A DNA stretch of 63,753 nt from Rhynchobatus australiae (taxonomy: Eukaryota), in contig JAUZTB010000017.1 in NCBI GenBank assembly GCA_034780895.1, positions 21,623,554 through 21,687,306 on the forward strand, given 5' to 3'. Within the stretch, counting starts at the first letter, position 1, and every line of letters starts with the position of its first letter. Positions 52,501 to 63,753 of the stretch are shown piece after piece. The notes under the pieces were generated by a model, which had not been told where the DNA came from, ran no database searches, and saw only the letters and a list, made by a program, of their open reading frames with translations. The position numbers and the translations under genes were made by a program.

Positions 52501-55139
52501 GGGGGAGAAAAGCCACTGGGGAACCAAACCATTTTTTTGATACCTGACTAAGCTACAATCCGTAGGAGGTTTATGCTGTAACAATGCATTACGGATCTGT
52601 ATGGATAAGCATTGCTTCTAATCTCTCTGTTGCATTATACGGTAACTAAAGCACACTGCAACAAATAGCAGAGGGTGCAACGAGGGTTTAGCGTCTATAT
52701 TATTTCCTTATAGGCTAGAAGTGCAGTCATTGGCAATGCATGGTGTTCATTGTTAACCTCAAAGGACACTCTCCTCATATACCCATGAGGTAAGAACTTC
52801 CCCTTGTCTGATCTGTTGGGTTCCGGTACCAGTTCAATAGGAATCCCTGCTGTCCAGCATTTAAGGTCATCATGAGCAGTCAATTGCATTAAAGATCACT
52901 CAGACACAGAAAACTGATGTAAAACCAGTTCACAGAATCATTGGTATAAATGTACTGTATATAAATGGATAAAGTTAAAAAACAGTATTACTGTGTGCAG
53001 TGCATTCAAACTATTCAAAATAAAATCATAAATGAATTGATTTGATTTGAAGAGGATCAAAAGGAACATTTTCTGAACATTAAATAAGGTGCTAAATAAA
53101 GAATAGAATCTGCACATATAACTGCATAAGCTAAAATTTAATTTTTATCTGTTATTTCAAATCAGAGTCCACTATCGTTTGAAATATTTGTGTGAGGAAA
53201 TCAGAATGCAAAATTGGACTTACAGGGATACATACATCCAAGGCAGTAGCTTAATAAGATATATCCTGTCAGATAGATCTCAGGCCACAAAGCTTAATAT
53301 TTTCTGAACATTTCATAATGAGACCAGTTTGCAAAAAGCTTAAATTCACATTAATTCCCTCGATCCCAGTGGAGAAGCCAGCAAACAGCATCTATAAAAG
53401 GCACAATAAATCACTGACAGCAATGTTGGAATTTCCACATTAAACAGTGAATACATGGAATTCACAAAGTTCCCACAAGTCTTATTTAAATTAACACCAA
53501 CAGTTTTAGAGTCATTACCACCAGAAAATCTTAGCCAACATATTTACTTCAGAACTCATGAAGACCTCTTCTTTTTGTAATAAAAATATTAAAAAGATAC
53601 TATCAAAACTGCCTTTTCCTAATCTTTTCTATCATTTCATTGTACTGGCCCCAATCTTTTTGTGAACAAATTCCAGTCCCAAGCANNNNNNNNNNNNNNN
53701 NNNNNNNNNNNNNNNNNNNNNCACCCCCCTCCCTCCCAAACACACACACGCACACAGTAGATTTTCCCTCTTGGCATCCTTTGCGCTATAAATACCACTA
53801 TGAAAAATGATGAACAATCACTACCCACAAAATCCATAATCTCTCAAATTTAAAGTCTCATTCTTCATCCTTAATGTTCTCTGTTATTTCACACAAGTTC
53901 AGTGCCCTCTAACAGTTGCATATCCCATTCTTACCCTTCCAAATTTTTCCTCTAAGACTCTGCAAATAATTCCTTCCCTTTGTTCCTTTTATACGCCAGA
54001 GAATAAACCACTAGAATTTCCTTACCAAATCCCTCCACCTCTTTCTTCTTTAAGAGCCTCTCAAAAGCCATTTCTTTGACTAACCCTTCCAAAACTCTCC
54101 TATATTTTTACCCAGGGCCCACTTTCTCTTTTCTCTCGGGGTCCTTGGGTCTTTATTAAATTGAAAAGGTGCTCCACATATTCAGAATGACATCAGTTAT
54201 ACATTATGGAAGTCTGTAGTTTATGAACCATTTTGAAATGATTAAAAACAATTCAAACAGCGATATTAACTTAGTGTTCCTGATTCTTTATCAACATGAG
54301 CAACTGAGTCTCAATGCTTTTCAAAGCCGTGCTCTTGTCAGGAAGTAATAATGGTAACTAGAAATGGCATTTCAATACAGCTACTCCTTAAGAAGAATGT
54401 CCTGACATTTTGATCAAAGTGACGTTCATGTGCCAGTTCAACAATACAATAGAGGCTGTTTGCTGCAACTCCTTTTTATTTGTACCATATGTCTGGATCC
54501 CTTAGCAGTGATGCATTGTGTTTTTCTGCGTTGCATTAACTTTTCTCACCGTGAGAAGCTCCAATCAGACTGCGCGACCACCACTTCCAACAGGAAATAA
54601 CTCAATCTAAATTCAGCTATTCGGAAGACAAGTCTGTCAAACCAACCACAAGGAAAAAAAATCAATTCAGCCCAGATATCGTTCCTATATCTCTCAGTTG
54701 ATCTTAAGATGGAGCAGGCAGCAAATTTCTGCAAGGCTAAATCCAAACAGTGCTGCCTCACACCACACACTGACATACTGAACCTTACCACAGTTAATTT
54801 TCCTGCCTCTGAAATATCAGCTACAACTCAAAATGAACACAAAGAGTGAAAATGTCTTGAATACATAGATTGATAGATACACACATATTTTGATGCCCTT
54901 CTTCCGTCATTCTTCTGTTACACAGTCTTAGGCAGAATTTCTCAGAACGTTCTTACAGTTGACAGAATCCAACACAACTTGAATGAGCCAGCTGCATACA
55001 AATACTGATCAGCAACAAATTAAATTCTTTTTTTCATGGTTTGAATGTTTTATATTTAACCTTTGGCAGTATTTTTTTGTTACAAAGAGCTGCAAACAGA
55101 AACTACTTCCACTACACTTGAACCTTCTCTAACTGTTCA

Positions 55140-55600
55140 AGATCATGGCTCATGCAAAAAATGCCCAATCTCCAATTTCCTTAAGAGTCCAAAAATATGC
55201 CCATCTCATCCTTGAATATTCTCTGCCTGAGCATCCAAAGATTTACAATCCTCAGTTAAAGAAATTTCTCATCTCAGTTTTAAATGGTCAACCCCTTATC
55301 TTGATATTGTGCCTCCTAGACCTCAACTCCCCAGGAGAAACAGCTTCTCAATTATCTACCCTGTTAACCCCAATCAGAATCTTGCATTTAGGTGAAATCA
55401 TCTTTCTTTCTTCTGCACTGGAGTATGGATCCAAGTTCTACAGAACAAGCTCCTCATCCCAGGAATCAAGCTCGTGAATCTATGGTGCACTGACTCCAAA
55501 GCAAGTAAATCCTCTTAGGACAGCCCAAAACTGCACAGTCCTCTAAATGAGCTCCCACCATAGCCCCATACAATTTCAGCAAGTCTTCCTTACTTTGTAC
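55140..55600 (-). mobile_element. Degenerate CR1 3' fragment
   Basis: gatcatggct, aagaaatttctc..atctcagttttaaatgg, atcccaggaatca..ctcgtgaatct, cccaaaactgcacag are reverse complements of CR1 3' motifs. Confidence 0.65.
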
Positions 55601-57389
55601 CCCAAATACTTAGACTTACAAAGGCCAAGATATTTTCCTATTTGTTTACTGTACTGCAAATTTATATTCCCCATCAATTACCACAGCAAGNNNNNNNNNN
55701 NNNNNNNNNNNNNNNNNNNNNNNNNNNNNNNNNNNNNNNNNNNNNNNNNNNNNNNNNNNNNNNNNNNNNNNNNNNNNNNNNNNNNNNNNNNNNNNNNNNN
55801 NNNNNNNNNNNNNNNNNNNNNNNNNNNNNNNNNNNNNNNNNNNNNNNNNNNNNNNNNNNNNNNNNNNNNNNNNNNNNNNNNNNNNNNNNNNNNNNNNNNN
55901 NNNNNNNNNNNNNNNNNNNNNNNNNNNNNNNNNAATTATTTCCAAAACTTGACCTCTCCTCATCAAATGCTCAAGCACTCCACAACCAAATACACCCTCT
56001 CCCTCTTTTCCAGAACATCACTGAATCCAGATCTCATGTGACCTCCAGCATCCACCTTGCTCCATCTCCCACATTCTAGAATAACATTTAACTGACAATT
56101 AGTCACATTAACTTTATTTCATCCCTCTAAGCAGATGCACAAAAAAGTGCTGAAGGAAAAACCAGAACTGAGTTTTTATGAGCCAAAAGCTATATTAAAA
56201 TGCAGGCCAAGTAAAGATTAGTTCTCCCGCAATCCTTACTAAATCTAACATCAAATTTTCAACTCTTAAACAAATGCTAAAAATTAGCTGTTTCTAATTC
56301 CTGCATTGTGTTCATAGTGCTATAATTCTCTATTAAAGTGAGCTATTATTATTGCACTCTCAACAGAGATATGGTTAGATTACAAAAATAGTGGCCATAT
56401 ACACATTATTTAATTTTCTTTCTAATAGCATTGATCTTCTCCATTCATTGGGCAGTAACTCAAACTGAACTGTTGTTGATGAGATAAAGAGCTCCTTGCA
56501 CGTGATGCTGATGAGAATGACAAATTCTTCATAATCATAGGAAGGAAAAATTTGAACAGTAATGTCATCAATGCAGTGCCACCACTTTGAGAACCTCAAG
56601 GGATTTCACCATTGCATTACAGTAACAAAAAGTGTCCTAAACTGCCTAACTGGGCTTCCTTGGGTACCACTTCACCTTAGCAGAAGCAAATGCCCAAAAC
56701 CAAAATATAATTATAGAAAGAGAATAGTGAGAAACTTTGGAACTTTAATTACACTACAAATAAATAGCATGCTACACAACCCAAGAGTGTCAATATTATC
56801 ACATAACACATGGACCTGTTGAACACAGCACACTAACACTATGCTGTGTGAGGTCACACATTATTTCAGCATGCAATATTCTTGGCAACCTCTGTATTGC
56901 TAGTCAGCACAAGTGATTAGCAGGATATTATTTTACCAAACCACTCTCTCCTCCCCTTCCCTTTCCCTCCCNNNNNNNNNNNNNNNNNNNNNNNNNNNNN
57001 NNNNNNNNNNNNNNNNNNNNNNNNNNNNNNNNNNNNNNNNNNNNNNNNNNNNNNNNNNNNNNNNNNNNNNNAGTGTTTAGCAGGATATTATTTTACCAAA
57101 CCACTCTCTCCGCCCCTTCCCTTTCCCTCCCCCCCCCCCCCAATGTTATCTACACTCAGACTTGGGGAGAAATACTCAATGTGCAAAACAAGCGAAAACC
57201 ATCCACAACTGTGGTTCAAAATGAGGAAGATGTAAGAATGCAAATGAAGTCACTGGACACACTGCTATGACTCTGTGCTGGATTGCAAAGTGATTTCAAG
57301 ATCAGTTGAAAGATTTCCCCACCTCATTGAAAGACTTAAAGTAACAGAGATCAGTGACCCTGTTGACAACCAGAAATGTAACAACTTAC

Positions 57390-57413
57390 CCATGAAATTT
57401 TCAATCAAGATCC
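57390..57413 (-). other. Candidate 24-nt upstream microexon ending in ATG-G
   Basis: ttctttaaccttcaattctcaacag|GGATCTTGATTGAAAATTTCATGG|gtaagt; good acceptor and donor. Confidence 0.25.
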
Positions 57414-58369
57414 CTGTTGAGAATTGAAGGTTAAAGAATATTTTCATATTGTTATTAAATTAACATCAAGTCTGCCAGATGCCTATATGCAGTTTCCACA
57501 CGCAACTGTGCGGAGATGAGGGGGTGAGGCTGAACTTTAACCTACAACTTCTTGCTGCACTAACCCAGCCTCCACAATGACAGCCGTCTGGTGTGCATCA
57601 CACTGTGCTGTGTGAAAGACCGGATCTGCACTGTGTCAGGGACTAATCTTTTTAATTAAGAATACAACATTCAATGATAATTATTAATGCATACGTGCAA
57701 AGAAAACACTGTTGTAACTGGTGACAAACTACAAGCCATTATGTTTTCCCCAATTAAGCCTTCAATGAGCCTGCAGCAGGATGATGTCAGAACATTTTGA
57801 CACATTCCCATATTCAGTATGCTCTGCTCCACCAGACAAACTCCACTCTGAATGCATGACAGTCGCAACATATCCTTTTGTTATTTAGACCATTTAGAGC
57901 CTGTTGGCAGAGCATTAAACAAAACCCCATTCATAGAGGGACAACTTGCGACAGTGACCGAAACAAGGACATATCACCCACGTGAGCTGATGCTCATCCA
58001 TTCTCAACAGTGGCGGTCAGTCATTAGACAATTATAGGGGAACAACATCACCGAGTCCAATTCATACTGATAATGTCAACTGACCAGCAAACAACAACAC
58101 TGCAGCCCTTCCTTTAAAGATGTGGGTGATGGTCTGTCATTCTGTCTTGATATTGTCTACAACAAGTATAACTTCCAGGGGACAGAGGGAGGCAGGAAAC
58201 ATTCCAAACTCAGGAGACAGTGAGCAGTGAGAGTTGTCAGACAAAGTGGGGGCAGCAGAGATGGGTTGGGGGAAAGGGGGAAGGCTGCTTCTTGACAACA
58301 TGGGAGAAAGCCATTCAGCTCATCTACTCTATACCGGCTCTCAGAGCCACCCTTTTCTCCCAATTATCT

Positions 58370-58535
58370 CCGTTACCTATTCCATCAGAAGTCAATTAAC
58401 TCCCGATTCTCCTTCCATCCATCCAACTAGAGGTAGTTTTCAGTAACCAATTAACCAACCAACCAGGACATCTTTGGGCTGTGGGAGGAAAACGGAGCAC
58501 TGTTGGTCACAGGAAGAATGTGCAAATCCCACACA
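58370..58535 (-). mobile_element. HE1-like V-SINE fragment
   Basis: ccaattaacc...catctttgggctgtgggaggaaaacggagcac..ggtcacaggaagaatgtgcaaa. Confidence 0.65.
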
Positions 58536-59339
58536 GTTTGGAAGGGTTGGAAGGAGAGATGGAGGGTTGGGGTGCGGATAGAGAGGAAATGTTGAAAGAA
58601 AGGTGGAGCTCAGGGAAGAGGTGAATGAGAATGGCTTGAAGTAGGAAGAACAACTGAGGGGTAGGGCTATTACAACAAAATACCTTAATATAATCAACTT
58701 CATGACCCTAAAAAATCCAAAACTTCTCCTCATTTATTCCAATTGTGCACAAAAATAAATTTAGAAACTTTACAAAGTAACAAGATATCTACTTTCTTTA
58801 GGTATCTGCATAGTGNNNNNNNNNNNNNNNNNNNNNNNNNNNNNNNNNNNNNNNNNNNNNNNNNNNNNNNNNNNNNNNNNNNNNNNNNNNNNNNNNNNNN
58901 NNNNNNNNNNNNNNNNNNNNNNNNNNNNNNNNNNNNNNNNNNNNNNNNNNNNNNNNNNNNNNNNNNNNNNNNNNNNNNNNNNNNNNNNNNNNNNNNNNNN
59001 NNNNNNNNNNNNNNNNNNNNNNNNNNNNNNNNNNNNNNNNNNNNNNNNNNNNNNNNNNNNNNNNNNNNNNNNNNNNNNNNNNNNNNNNNNNNNNNNNNNN
59101 NNNNNNNNNNNNNNNNNNNNNNNNNNNNNNNNNNNNNNNNNNNNNNNNNNNNNNNNGTAGATAGGACACAACAACAAAAGACAGGAACAGCAATAAATGC
59201 TTTCAATTACAACCAACTCCCAACACACTTCAACAAATCGCTGCTTCTAACCACAGGCGTAAGGTGATAGTTGCAGTTCCACCTTTATTCAGGAGGTTTT
59301 CTGAGTTATTTTACTAAATCAAATATGGTGCCAGATTTA

Positions 59340-59600
59340 CAGTAATGCAGGAGGCACAGGGATACAGTCACCTTTGTGGAGGATGGGAAGTGGACATTGG
59401 CCTGATCAGCTTGGACCAGGAGAAGGCCTTTGACAGGATATTGCACACGTATATGATGGATGTGCTCTCCAAAATAGGCTCTGGGGAGGGAATCGGGACT
59501 TGGATCCAACTGCTCTACACTGACATCAGTAGTGCAGTCCAAATCAATGGGTGGGAAACTGAAAGCTACCCCCATCAAGTCTGGAGTGAGGCAGGATTGA
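59340..59600 (+). mobile_element. L1/Tx1-clade LINE reverse transcriptase fragment
   Basis: GLISLDQEKAFDRILHTYMMDVLSKIG.GEGI..WIQLLYTDISSAVQING is a Tx1-type RT signature. Confidence 0.85.
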
Positions 59601-61408
59601 CCACTATTTTCTGAAATGTTTGTGTGCCACACAGAACATGCTGAGGGATGCACTGAAGCTTGGTGCAGCTAATCCAAAGGTTTTGTCAGAAAGGACTGCA
59701 GTCTAACATCCTTCTACCATTAGACATTGAGGGGCTGAGCCCTGTATGGAATCCTCTCAAATACCTGAGGTTTGTATCGTCCCAGTAAACCACAAGGGGC
59801 AATGGTGCTCTGTACATAGAATGTGCTCACACACAAAATGTACAGAACCAAATCATACCATGAATTACCTTGTATGTAAAGAAATCCATACACTAATTTT
59901 TGTATTTCTTGTATATATTTTTATGAAGTTTATTTTTGAAATAAAAAAGATAATGCAGCAGGTGCAGAAAATCACACTGCTGAAACCTAAAACCTGCAGT
60001 ATAAAAGTGGAATATTACTCATGTGGAAGTGTGTCTTATTGTTGCAAAATAACAGCTAAAATATCACAGGTTGTTAATTACACTAGCTAGGGGCTGTGAA
60101 CTTTCACAAATTAGTCTTAATAAATCAATTTGCTTAAAATTCATTCCTGGTCACAAACATGCTATATAGNNNNNNNNNNNNNNNNNNNNNNNNNNNNNNN
60201 NNNNNNNNNNNNNNNNNNNNNNNNNNNNNNNNNNNNNNNNNNNNNNNNNNNNNNNNNNNNNNNNNNNNNCTATATAGTAACATTAGTGCATTAAACTCTG
60301 CCTCTGAAGATTAATTTCTAGATAATTTTAATTTAAATAATGGTTAGGGTTCAGAATGTGTAACAATTGTCAAGATGTACTTTCACTGGGCTGAGAAACT
60401 AAACAAAAACCTCAATTTCACTTCAGGACCTTGAATCACACAGAGAAAGCTTACCATGATATCACCGCCACAAGGCTCAAACAATTCAAGCCCCTGATTT
60501 TCATTTCAATATGACTGTCAAGTTGCCTCCTTGATTTAGTCAGGAAATGGAAAACTCTCAGAACTCCCAAGGGCTATCTGAAATGAGGATACAAATTTTA
60601 AAATAAAACAGTCAGACTACACTGCAGTGAGGCCTGCTCGAAAGTCCCCACAGAGATGAGGGCTAGGTAGTAAAGTGTGGTTCCCTGGCAGCTGAAGGAG
60701 TGTTCCCCATCAGACAGAGGCAGCTAACAGGGTCTAGTTCAATGTTGGGCAAATTGCAACCATCCCACAAGACTAGCAAGGACAAGTACAACTCATCTCT
60801 CTAGTTATCAACAATGATTTGATAACTCTCTTTTTCCACTCCCTCCCACCACTCTCAATAACTCAATTCTCTTTGCGTATCGAGAAGCGTGATAGTCACC
60901 TCGCTCTCTTTCCAAACACTCATTTTATTCTTTCGTCTCTTCACACCACATACCAACAACATTCTGTTCCTATATTCTAGGACTTGCAGCACCAACAATT
61001 CATCATCAAGATATTAATGTAAGGGTTGCTTTTTATACTCAAGAATGATATTGGCTGATGAATTAATGCCAGCATGTATATGATTAAAGGTGTCCTGAGG
61101 GAGAAAACTACTGCAGTAATTCTCCAAGGTCTCTACCATGGACTGGTAAGAGTAACAATGCACCTCTTCATGGCCACTGTAGAAATCTTGGAGCCCCAAC
61201 ATGCAGATTTTACGTGGGAAAATGGCACACAGCAACAAGAAGAGAAAGAAACCTCAAGAAAAAATTACAGTTGCTTTTTTAAGAATAAATTGCGAAGATG
61301 CAAAACTAAATTATCAACCTAAATCATTCAACTGTGCTTATGCATAGTGGTAAATATTTCAGCTTTTCTTAAAATCTTTGTTATCATTAAAGAAGTTGCC
61401 TAAACTTC

Positions 61409-61470
61409 AATTGCCTGCAGCAGAAAAATAATATTAATTGCCCGCAGCAGAAAAATAATATTAATTGCCC
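61409..61470. repeat. 27-bp tandem duplication (2.3 copies)
   Basis: aattgcctgcagcagaaaaataatatt / aattgcccgcagcagaaaaataatatt / aattgccc. Confidence 0.9.
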
Positions 61471-63753
61471 AACATGCCAACAATAGTCAGTTGCCATAGC
61501 ATTGAGAAAATATTTGTCTGTGCAAATATTCACAATCGGCACATGTGTCAGTTTTTGGCAGTTACTACTAAAAGGAAACAAATTACTAAAGTAATTAAAT
61601 TAATGTAGAGGAGGCAGCTTTAACATGCTCAGCTCTGGCGGCAGTAGGCAAAGGAAAACAAGATCAATATATTTAATGGTAAAATCATGAAACAAATAAA
61701 AAAAATCCAAACAGGAAACCTGCTTTCCAGAAATATACTTTTAATTCTGCTAATAAGTTTAAGCAACAGACATTCTTAAAGTAAAATCCCACTCTCATTT
61801 CAAACNNNNNNNNNNAATTAATTTTAAAATTAGATCCCCATTGAAATAGTGAGAGCTATTTAAATTTAAAGTAATTAAATCAGGACAGATACAGGAGTAT
61901 TAATCTGTTGGCACTTGGTTTTGATTGATAACACTGCTGTAACACATACCCAAACCAGGAGGCCCGAGAGTGGTAAAAAGCCTCCATCCTTCATTCCTCT
62001 GTCACCAAGAGACAGGGCAGGTCAGAGCTCCAACAAGGAATGTGGTGGCAGCAGGGGTGATTAGCACACTGCTCATCCCTGCTCCACAGTAATGCTTCCC
62101 ACCACCTCCCAGAAAAAGTGATGTTTTGTTTGATTGTTTATGGGGAACTTTGTATAAATAGGATAATATTTATATTTTTAAAGCGGCTATAATAGGAAAT
62201 GAACTATATTAAATNNNNNNNNNNNNNNNNNNNNNNNNNNNNNNNNNNNNNNNNNNNNNNNNNNNNNNNNNNNNNNNNNNNNNNNNNNNNNNNNNNNNNN
62301 NNNNNNNNNNNNNNAACCTGAGTCCCTTTCCTTATGTAAATAAGAGCCCTTGTGCCTATTTAAGACAGCTATCAGGAACACCTGAAAACTTGCCAAACTC
62401 TACCTTCCTCGGTAACTCTTTCAGCCATCCTTTGGATATTGGCCTCATCACAACTATACAATAGGTATATCTGGGTCAAACTTAGACCCCATTTTAATCA
62501 ACTCTTGTTGACTTAATGACTTAAAGCATTAGAATTTTACTTAATCCTTCCCAAATTGCTTCAGATAGCTGGTGAATAAAGTCAGCTTAAAAAGCATCAA
62601 ATATCATTTTTTTAAAAAAAGTTCGAAGTAAAATCAGTCTCAAAGTAAAGATAACAAGGGTTTTAGATCTGATGCAAATTATTAATACTTCCACATTCTC
62701 AGCAAAACTAAAATAAAACCAGAATGGTGCTCCTTCCAAGATAAATGGTTTTAGACAAAACAAACAGAAGGTCCTGTTTCTCAGAGTTCTCTGGCAAGTA
62801 TAGTCAAGCATATAATGACCCCTGACCTTTGAACCCAACTCACCTCTGAGGTCTCCAAGACTGGCAAGTAACGCACTGGGAATCCTGAAGAAAATGTGTC
62901 GGCTCCACTGTGTCACGTTTCTACTCAGACACAAGCAGCACCAACAGCCATAAAAAGGTACAAACCCATGGCCCGACTTTCATTTCCTGTCGGCAGCGCT
63001 GGGACTTTCAGAGGAAACCATAACACAAAATAAGCAAATGTATGAACAAGTATTTCTTCATGGAAAACAAGATGGTGACAGTGGTGGTCAGAATGTTTAG
63101 TAAAGACAACTACCTTCACAACTAAACAAAAACCAGAACTTTAAAGCCTAAACTTGCAAAAAAAATTAAAGAGAACAAAGGTCACTATCCTATTTATTGG
63201 GATTTACTGGTCTTAAGTGATATATCCCTTCCTGGTTGTTGATTGCTTTCACGCATCAAATACAAAAGTCAGATAAAATAGCAAATGGTTAAGAAGATGT
63301 GTACTCTGTGGGGGTTTTACTTTTGGTAGGCAAGGACTATTTGGACTTTGATTAAATACTCAAATACAGCATGACTGCAGCATTTGAAATCTTACAGCAC
63401 TGGAGAAAACCAGCAGTAAAGTGTCTCGTAAACATTTTCTAAATCCTGGCAATAAAGTGACTAGATTGGCACTGCTCCCCTTAAAATATTGATCCAACGC
63501 AGGATGTTTTCAGTTTTTAAAAAACAACTTGAAATTCAAGAACTGTATACTTAAAAATGGAAGCAAGCAAGTAACTGCTAGCACTGCCTAGTTATTGTAA
63601 ATACAAATTCCCTAGTGCAGGGATTTATTTTGACTTCTCAGTTAATTCTGTATTAACATACAGGTATGAGCATGATCATGGCAGTAGTAGCTTATTAATA
63701 AGGAACTTACAGGGAAGCCCCCAAGACATTAGATACCCATGGGACTGTTAAGC

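Noticed and set aside
61409-61470. Short direct repeats as a CRISPR-like array
   Set aside because: Head-to-tail duplication without spacers, in vertebrate intronic DNA; no cas genes.

Overview
Eukaryotic (vertebrate) genomic DNA, not prokaryotic: AT-rich, CpG-poor, with many N gaps, and with CR1/HER1-, HE1/V-SINE-, L2- and Tx1-type repeats like those of cartilaginous fishes (shark/ray; inferred from repeat families only). The window covers the 5' part of the CTBP2/RIBEYE gene on the minus strand. Two exons are securely identifiable: the CtBP2 start exon (31508-31677; MDKHKVKRQRLDRICE-G, phase-1 donor) and the large RIBEYE A-domain exon (CDS 7280->5474, phase-1 donor). The shared dehydrogenase/B-domain exons were not seen and should lie left of base 1. 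Nearly all other ORFs in the track are spurious, gap-spanning or decayed retrotransposon fragments. The most interesting signal is a set of additional, apparently unannotated exon-like units in the CTBP2 introns whose donors are in the same phase 1 as the two known N-terminal exons: a 78-nt symmetric cassette exon (23577-23654), a strong-Kozak mini first exon MERDILIQQR (9518-9548), and 30-nt and 24-nt microexon candidates. Together they suggest a larger interchangeable N-terminus system than the classical CtBP2-versus-RIBEYE choice. These are sequence-only predictions needing RNA-seq and conservation tests; no new multi-gene system is evident.
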